Virus record (IMG/VR): IMGVR_UViG_3300044611_002008
Location: 1-64,000 of that record
From: an uncultured virus (IMG/VR IMGVR_UViG_3300044611_002008)
Taxonomy: Duplodnaviria > Heunggongvirae > Uroviricota > Caudoviricetes
Strand: one strand, 5' to 3'
DNA: 64,000 nt
Part shown: piece by piece, positions 19,974 to 28,600 of the stretch
How positions within the stretch are numbered: position 1 is the stretch's first letter
Layout: each line of letters starts with the position of its first letter
Made by a program: the position numbers and the translations under genes
The notes under the pieces: model-generated
Told to the model about the DNA's origin: nothing
The model's input: the letters and a program-made list of their open reading frames with translations, nothing else
Databases searched by the model: none

Positions 19974-20285
19974 ATGAGTATAGCTTATAAAAATGCGCTA
20001 CTGGGTAGATCCATAAATGTTTCTGGCTCTAGAGACACTATTTTAGTAGACAGTAATCATGATGTGTCAGTAGTAAGCGGTGTTATTAGTGGACCAGACG
20101 CAGCCTTTAATAATATATCTGTTAATAATTTAACTATTAACAGTAGTGGTGTCGCATTATCCGGTCATCAACATACTATACAAGATATACAAAATTTACA
20201 AAATACCATAACATCACTATCAGGAATAGCACCAACCAATTCACAAAGCACAAACAATTTATTTTTATGGTCAAATTATAGATAA
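19974..20285 (+). CDS. Short fibre/stalk protein
   Basis: GHQHTIQDIQNLQ phage tail repeat; N-terminus paralogous to 31692..33395. Confidence 0.7.
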   Translation: MSIAYKNALLGRSINVSGSRDTILVDSNHDVSVVSGVISGPDAAFNNISVNNLTINSSGVALSGHQHTIQDIQNLQNTITSLSGIAPTNSQSTNNLFLWSNYR

Positions 20286-20297
20286 GGATCAATAACA

Positions 20298-20678
20298 ATG
20301 GCAGCAACACCACAGTTTGCATCATCACCAAGACTAGGAATAGCAACAATATCTACTGCAAACACCAATCTTAATGGATCAGGAACTCTAGTTAATGTTG
20401 TTGTAGCTGGTGCTTCTGGCACCAAAATTAATGAGATTACTATACAGGCGGCCGGTACTGTTACTTCTGGTATGGTTAGATTATTCATTTTTGACGGAAC
20501 TACCAATTATCTATTTGATGAGTTTCCTATATCCTCCACTATTCCTTCGTCTAGTGCCACAGCTTATAGAACATATAAAAGTTATGATAATTTTGTATTA
20601 CCTTCTGGCAATACTCTTAGAGCATCTACAGCAAATGCAGAAACCTTCAACGTTATGGCTTGGGGTGGGGATCTATGA
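20298..20678 (+). CDS. Small beta-sandwich fibre adaptor protein
   Basis: 126 aa, all-beta pattern, AAGGA RBS; similar size and context to 35093..35464. Confidence 0.65.
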   Translation: MAATPQFASSPRLGIATISTANTNLNGSGTLVNVVVAGASGTKINEITIQAAGTVTSGMVRLFIFDGTTNYLFDEFPISSTIPSSSATAYRTYKSYDNFVLPSGNTLRASTANAETFNVMAWGGDL

Positions 20679-21970
20679 ACAATGGCATATTTAGCGCATA
20701 TAATACAAGATATGATTCTTCAGTATATCCTGTTATTAATTTAACTGTAGATACCGACAACCTTTCTCTGCCCAAAAATTATGATATAATCAGACTTACT
20801 AGTTCGTCTGTAATAACCATAACAGGATTAGTAGGTATCAAGGACAAGATTTTTACCATGTTTAACGTTGGATCTTATGATATTAGAATAGCTAATCTAT
20901 CTTCTTTTAGTATTTCTACGAATAAAATCTTAGTTTCTAATAATAATGATGTTATTCTATCTCCTAACGAATCTATTACTTTGTTTTATGATGATTCTAA
21001 TAAGCTTTGGAGAACAGCAGGGGTTATTAAAGCCTATAATCCAACAGATTTTACTTTTGCTAATGTTTATGATTTTACTGTTACAAGCGCTCCAAGTACC
21101 GCAACAGGATCATCTGGATCGTGGACATGGACCCTACCATCTTCCGCTAAGTTTATAGAGATTATAACTATTGGAGCGGGTGGAGGAGGCGGTAGTGGAA
21201 GAAGAGGTGCTGCTGGATCTACTAGGGGTGGTGGAGGCGGAGGAGGATCTGGTGGTATTAGTATACATAGAGTATCCACATCATTATTCTCTTCCTTAAC
21301 TACAACAATAACAGTTGCTGCTGGCGGCGCTGGAGGGGCTGCTGTAACAGCAAATGATACGAATGGAAATAGTGGAGCTAATCCTACTACATTTACTACT
21401 GTGTTTTTTCCTAGTAACTATAATTTTAGTACTGGTCCTGGAGATGGTGGTGGTGGAGGGTCTACTTCTGGAGGTGTCGGTGGTATCGCTGCTAATTCCG
21501 GAAACGGAAGACCTTCGACATATCAAGGTTCTACTGGAGGTACTGGGGGAACAGGAAATGCTGGAGGTAATGGCCAATCTGTAGCCGGTTCTGCTAATAA
21601 TTCTAGCGGATGGTGCAAAAGTGGTGGCGGTGGCGGTGGTATAAGTTCGTCAAATATTCATTATGCTGGTGGTACTGGGACTTTTCCTGGTGGCGATCTG
21701 TTCGGATATACGTCAACTGGAAGTTATAATCCCGCTGGAGGAGTTGCTGGAGGAGGCAATGGAGAAAGTGCTCCTGCTGTAGTATATCTGAACAGAATAG
21801 GTAGTGGAGGCGGCGGTGGAGGAGCTAATAATGCTGGCGCAGGTGGTGTTGGTGGTACTGCTAGTGTAGGAGGTGGTGGTGGCGGAGGAGGTGCTTCTGT
21901 TAATGGATTTAATAGTGGAGCTGGAGGGAATGGCGGAGATGGTTTTGTAAGAATTACAGTATGGAGCTAA
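20675..21970 (+). CDS. Glycine-rich fibre tip protein (probable start 20675)
   Basis: ATGA overlap; IGAGGGGGSG...GGNGGDGFVRITVW glycine-rich domain typical of phage fibre tips. Confidence 0.78.
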   Translation: MNNGIFSAYNTRYDSSVYPVINLTVDTDNLSLPKNYDIIRLTSSSVITITGLVGIKDKIFTMFNVGSYDIRIANLSSFSISTNKILVSNNNDVILSPNESITLFYDDSNKLWRTAGVIKAYNPTDFTFANVYDFTVTSAPSTATGSSGSWTWTLPSSAKFIEIITIGAGGGGGSGRRGAAGSTRGGGGGGGSGGISIHRVSTSLFSSLTTTITVAAGGAGGAAVTANDTNGNSGANPTTFTTVFFPSNYNFSTGPGDGGGGGSTSGGVGGIAANSGNGRPSTYQGSTGGTGGTGNAGGNGQSVAGSANNSSGWCKSGGGGGGISSSNIHYAGGTGTFPGGDLFGYTSTGSYNPAGGVAGGGNGESAPAVVYLNRIGSGGGGGGANNAGAGGVGGTASVGGGGGGGGASVNGFNSGAGGNGGDGFVRITVWS

Positions 21971-21974
21971 TATA

Positions 21975-22667
21975 ATGAATGAATTTGATAACAATCCAGA
22001 AATCGATAACACTAATACTCCACCTGAGCCTACTGTTGAGACAGTTGTTGAAATTGTTCCAGATCCTACAAATAGTCCAGAGGTAGTATTAGATCCAGAA
22101 ATCACAACACCACCCGTTCCGGACGTATCACCAGAGGTGACTCCAGAATTAACCCCAGAGACTACACCGGAAGCAACACCAGAACCCGTAGTAGAAAGCC
22201 CCGTAGAAACTCCCGCTATTCCGACTACAACACCAGCTATAGTGCCACAGATAACTGAATTAACACAGTCTTGGGCTTTGGTAAGAGATTCGGATGGATT
22301 AGTTGAAACATTTCTGAGACTTGATTTACCACTTGGCTGGAAAGCTCCAGAAGGCTTTAGTTTAATTCCTGATGATCAATTGCCAGCGGGATGGAGCAAA
22401 ATACTTCAAGAAATACCAGTTCCACAAACCATTACAGCAACACAAATCCGACTATGGTTGGTCAACAATGGCTTCTCAATGAATCAAATATATGATATTA
22501 TTTCTCAGATTCCAGACCCATTATTAAAAGCACAAATAGAAGTTCAGTGGGAATATGCTCCTTATGTAGAGCGTGATCATCCTATGATAAATACCTTGGG
22601 TGCCTCGTTAGGACTGAGTAGTGAACAAATAGACCAAGCATTTAGAGAAGCTTCAGTATTGCTCTAA
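21975..22667 (+). CDS. Fibre assembly chaperone-like protein with Pro/Glu/Thr-rich N-terminus
   Basis: C-terminal VPQTIT..QIRL...WEYA..VERDHP...LGLSSEQIDQAF motif of the kind found after fibre genes. Confidence 0.6.
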   Translation: MNEFDNNPEIDNTNTPPEPTVETVVEIVPDPTNSPEVVLDPEITTPPVPDVSPEVTPELTPETTPEATPEPVVESPVETPAIPTTTPAIVPQITELTQSWALVRDSDGLVETFLRLDLPLGWKAPEGFSLIPDDQLPAGWSKILQEIPVPQTITATQIRLWLVNNGFSMNQIYDIISQIPDPLLKAQIEVQWEYAPYVERDHPMINTLGASLGLSSEQIDQAFREASVLL

Positions 22668-22684
22668 ATCTATAAGGATAACTT

Positions 22685-25600
22685 ATGGGAAATTTAATTC
22701 CATCAAATAATAATGATGATAATTTAGACTTTAATCCAACCAAACTTCCTGGATGCAAGGTTTGGATAGATGCTACTGATGAATCTACACTATTTACCAC
22801 CGATTATCAAGGATCTGTAACTGTTCCTGATAATTTTACACCCACCAGTGTTGGCGGTTGCTCTACTTGGTATGATAGCTCTGATGCCTCTACATTATAT
22901 AATACTAGTGCTGGGCCAGTTACTGCGGTTTCTAGTCCAACAGAAGTTAGTGGGTGTGCTTTGTGGCTGGATGCTGCTGATAATACATCAATATATAAAA
23001 CTAATGTAGGACCACTATCTCCTGTATCTGCGCCTACAGACATTGGCGGTTGTCAATTCTGGCTTGATGCTTCAGATCCGGCTTCTATGTTTGAAGATAC
23101 AGCGGGACTCACTCCTTCTTCGGTGGGCAATACGGTTGGACTATGGAGAGATAAGAGCGGTAATGCCAGACATGTTCAGCAGGCAACCGGGTCTAAAAAA
23201 CCAATTCGGTCAACATCTGTCTTCTCTTCTGGAGCGGTGCATTTTGATGGCATAGATGATATCCTTTCTAATCAGACCGCTTCAGAATGGGGATGGGCTA
23301 CAGGAGGTAGTATGACATGGATCTTCGTTGGTCAACGAGGCGACACCCCGTCCGTATCATCAGATTATCGTTACTGGTTTGGAAACGGAGAGCCATTATA
23401 TCAATCAAACATCAATAGCTTCGGGATATTTGTAGAAGATCAAAATCCTCATAATGGTCGTTTACAATTTGTCATAAGCCAAGGTGGCGCCCACAATAAA
23501 CAGAACGTAACTTTTGATACAAATAGCTCCCCTGACGCAACAATATGGCTGCATACTCTGGCCTATGAAGCTTCTACTCCATCTGTATTCATGAGAGGAC
23601 AGGGCTCTGATCGCACAATTACAACGGTCAATACTAATGTCGCTACTAGCGGAGTGTCCCCGAATTTTGGTCTTTCGGTAGGAGCAGATTCTCACAACTC
23701 ATACGCTGGCTCTAGGTTCGGAGATATTAGGCTGGCCGAGGTCTGTGCTTTTAATCGCAGGTTGACGAATGATGAAATATATAGAGTTGAAAAATATCTA
23801 GCCGATAAGTGGAATATTTCTGATGTTAATGGTACCGTTACGAATAGCGGAGATACAATTGGAGCCTGGAGAGATAAAAGTGGCAACGGCTTCCATGCGA
23901 CTCAACTTAATAATAATCAAAGGCCTTCTAGAAATATTAATCCACAAAATAATTTACAGGGATTACAATTTTCTAATGCTAATTCAACATTATTAACTAC
24001 TCAAATATCGGGCTCTCTTACTAGTAGTACGCAAGACTATACTGTGTTTTTAGTATGTCAAAGAACAGCAGTTCATGATGGAGAAGTAATTTTAGGTAGG
24101 CGAACCCCGGGCTGTTACGCAAGCGCTTTGTACTACAATAATCCTGGAGCAAATTCAACAAATATTCAGTTTTATAACTCTGGACCAGAAATAGCTTTTC
24201 CAACAGAAGTCGGCATACCCACCTCCGTACAAATGATATGTTTATCTAGATCTGGATCTACTAATTATAGTGGATGGCAAGCAGGACTATCTTCTTTTAT
24301 CGATTCTTCTATGGGATCTGGCCCTGCATCGTCTCTGCTTTCTAATATTGGGGCATCGTGCAATGGGTCATCCGGAATGACCGGGTATATTTATGAAATT
24401 TTAGCATATAATCGTAATTTAACCAGAGAAGAAAGAGCTTCTGTCGAAAAGTACTTAGCTAATAAGTGGAATACAACAGACAACCACGTTGCAACAACCG
24501 CTAATAGCAAGGTAGGATATTGGGCAGATAAAACAGGAAATAATCGCCATGCTAGACAAGATGTTTCTAGCTATAGGCCATCATATTCAGGATCTATCAA
24601 CGACCTTCCTGCTATAACATTTGATGGGGCGGATGATCATTTTTTAATAGGGAATTTATCTGCTGTGTTTCCTACTTTTGGCGAAGTCTTTATTGTTTTT
24701 GAACCTGATAATACAGTATCGTATTCTCTTTATCAGACTAAAGTTAACTATGCGTATTTTACATATGACGGATCTAGTAATTTTGGATATTTTACTAATA
24801 ATAAATCAGCAACCTTCACTTGGGATAGGCCCAGGACTGGAACTAATATTACTTCTGTTCGGTCAGCATCTGGAACTTTATTTGTTAGATTGAATGGTAA
24901 TCACATATATTCGCAATCAGGTCTTGGTCACGACGGAGGAAACAATCACGCTATTGGTTTTACTTACTCGGGCGGAGGTGGAGTTTCGGGAGTCGTCATG
25001 AAAGGTAAAATAGTAGAAGTTATTACCTTTAATACTGATATAGGAACTGAAAATAGAGCACGGGTAGAACAATACTTGTCTAAAAAATGGGGTATGCAGA
25101 CTACATTGCATGACAAAAGCAGTCAGCCCGGAGAAAAAATAGGTTATTGGAAGAATAAAACAGATTTAAATTTTGCTCTTTCTCAGTATAGAATAGAAAA
25201 ACAAGGAGAAATTGGTTTTATTAATGGTAAAAGAGCCGTGTCTTTTGAAAATAATTCTGGCTTTTTACTTGCTTATCTAGCTAATACTGTACCGGGAGAG
25301 GAACTAAGTTTTTTTTGGGTTTGTAATATTACAAAGCCTGGTGTTAATAATCAAGTAGTTTTTAGATTTGGTAATTATAGTGGATATACTCAAATAGCAA
25401 AATTTGATGATCGTATAGAATATGGCGGAACTAATGGAATAACCATTAATAATCCTCCACAAACGAAGAACTTACCAATTATAGAATCTGTTATTAAAAG
25501 TAATGGAACAATATGGAATTCTACTAACGTTTATCGTAATGGTATTTTATTACCAAAGAACAACCTCGGAGTAGATGGTAACCTATCTACTGGATCTAAT

Positions 25601-28600
25601 GATGTATTGATTATAGCCGGTTATAGTTCGGATGCTAATTTTCTTGGTACCGGCGGTATGATCATAGGAGAGTTTATTTGTTACAATAGGGCTGTGAGCG
25701 ATCAAGAGCGCAAATTAGTTGAAAAATATCTGCACGATAAATGGAATATCAACAAATTAACTACATCTATATCTAAACCAACAGACATATCAAGATGCTC
25801 TATGTGGCTTGATGCGAATGACCCTAAAACACTATTTGTTGATACGGCGGCAAGTACTAATGTTTCAGCGGACGGACAAACTATTGCATACTGGGCTGAT
25901 AAAGTTTCTGGACAAGACGTTATTCAGGCTACGGTTTCTGCTCGCCCGACATATCGCACGAATATGCAAAATGGCAGACCTATGCTTTATTTTGATGGCG
26001 GAGACGATCTTTTATCTCAGGTAAATAGACCATATGCGGCTCCTTGCACACTATTTGTGGTGTGCAGAATAGATTCTCACTCCGGAGATGTTTCTGGTAT
26101 TGTGACACACGGAGATAGTACTGGAGGACTTAATGGTCCAGGATTTTGTTATATAGGATCAACGGCGGCAGGAGCTTGCTTGGTGTTTTTGGATGGTGCT
26201 GGCGCTGGTACAACCTCTTCTAGTAACACAAACTCTAGTATGCTGGGTTTGCCCAGGGTTATTACGGGAGTTTATAATCAAAGCAATACCTCCAATTCTC
26301 TAATATATGTGAATGGAAATCTAGAAGAAAACTTTACGGGTACCGGAGTTACATTAAACGCCGCAGCAAACAGAGTTCAAATAGGTGCAAGAACAGGAGG
26401 AGGGCAAACAGCCAGAAGAATGATCGGGTATGTTGCCGAATGTATCAGATATGATCGTGTATTAACAGATAATGAAAGAGCCATGGTTGAGAACTATCTC
26501 TCTGAAAAATGGGGATTAGGATCATACTCTTCACCAAATAGTATTGGATCGTCTATTGTTCGACACAACATTAAAGTCTCCAATAAAGATGCTCAAAATT
26601 GGGTAGATAGAGTTTTTCAAAACGGAGGAAGCGTTAGTGAACGAACAGCGGATCGGGTCAACTCTTTATGCAATAGAATAGACGCTGCTGGAATTAGAAA
26701 GAAATTTTATAGAGTTAACTTATTTTGTGGTAATGACCTAGCTGCTTGCTTAACGCCGTTATATTTGGGTCCTGATAATAATACATTTTATGGAAGTAGA
26801 ACGGATACAAATAACGGTTTTGTAGGACCTAATTATGATGAAAAAAATGGGCTGATTTCAACAGCACAGGGAAACCATTTATTGACAGGAGTATCTTTTG
26901 ATGCTATAGGAGCGTCAGATTTTGGTCATATGGCTTTTTATCAGACTCAATACAATATCGATACTAATGAATATGCTGGTGGTAACAGAGTAGTTATGGG
27001 CGGTGGATCAATTAGTATTGCTTTTTTTGATACCACAGACGGACACTATTTAGGTTCTAACTATGGGCCGTTTGTGCCGACAAGAAGCTCTTATTTCGGG
27101 GGTTTATTTGTATCAAATAGAAGCAGTGCTACCAATTTTAAATCGTATGAACAAGGTAGCACCGTTTCCCAAAACTCTCTTAATATGTTGTATCAAACAC
27201 CCCAAACATCACAGATCGGCATATTTACTAATGGATCAGTAGGAGCTTCTGGTTTCACATATATTTCCGGATATCTTAAAGGGTATAGTTTTGGCCATAG
27301 CATGTCTGATGCGGAAGTATCAACATATAGTAGTATTATGGAAGATTTCCAAACGTCTCTTGGAAGAGGACTCCCAATTCGACCATCGGCACAATTCGCC
27401 TCCGTTACAAATAGCGAAGCTAAATCTTGGATAGATGCTGTTTATACTAATAATGGCACTGTAAGTATCAGTACGGCTTTGGCTGTTAATAATTTTTGTA
27501 ATAGTATAGATGCTGCTGGATTACGAAATAAGTTTTATAGACTTAATTTATTCTGTGGAAATACTATTAATAGTTGCTTAGTGCCTTTATATAGAGCACC
27601 AGCTCGCCTAGGTCCTAGATATGGCAATCAAAATGACATTAATATACCTATATCATACGGATACTATGTTAATTCTGACGATTTTAACTATATAGAAAAT
27701 CAAGGATTGTTAGGAAATACTCAAGAAATTGCTGGAAATAGCAATATTTCTAGAAGATATTTAGACACTGGTCTTATTACAGGATCTATTAGTCAGTTAA
27801 ATAACGACATGCACTATGCTATTTATAGCAAAGATCTAACTAGTGGTGGATATGCTATGGGAGCATATGATGGTGCTAGTACAGGATTTTCATTACAAAT
27901 AGGTTTGGCCGGGTATAATGTTGGAGCTTTTGCTAATGCTCGGTTAAATCAAACTAATACCTCAACCACAGCTATATATCCAACAAGAAAAGGACTTTAT
28001 GTTGGTAATTATTCTAATTACATACTTAATCTTTATGAGGGTAGAGCTAATGTGGTGGGACAGCGAGATCTAACGTTTGCAAATGCTTTGAATCCCACCA
28101 CAGTTAGTACTGTTTCAATTTTTGCTGAAAATAGAGTAGGAAACGGCATTGCTCTATTTAATTATTTGGATAGATTACAAGGCTATTCTATAGGAACATC
28201 ATTAACATCTGCTGATGTACAGAATTACTACGATATAATGCAAACTTTCCAAGCGGCATTATCACGAGCACAACAAACAACACTAAGTTCAACTTTTGAT
28301 AGTATCACTAATGCTGATGCTAGAGATTGGCTTACTAGAGTATATGAAAACGGTGGAACTGTCAGCCTGTCAACCGCAACTGCTGTACAAAATTTTTGTA
28401 ACACTATAGATTCTGCCGGATTAAGAAGCAGGTTCTTTAGACTCAATTTATTCTGTGGAGACAACTTAAATGCTGCTACTGTACCTCTTTATAGAGGACA
28501 GGGTGTTAGCAGTACACAGCATGGATTTCTAATTGATATAAATACTAACTTTACTAGTTCCGACTATAATCAGAGCGGTAGTTTTGCTGGTATTAAGGGC

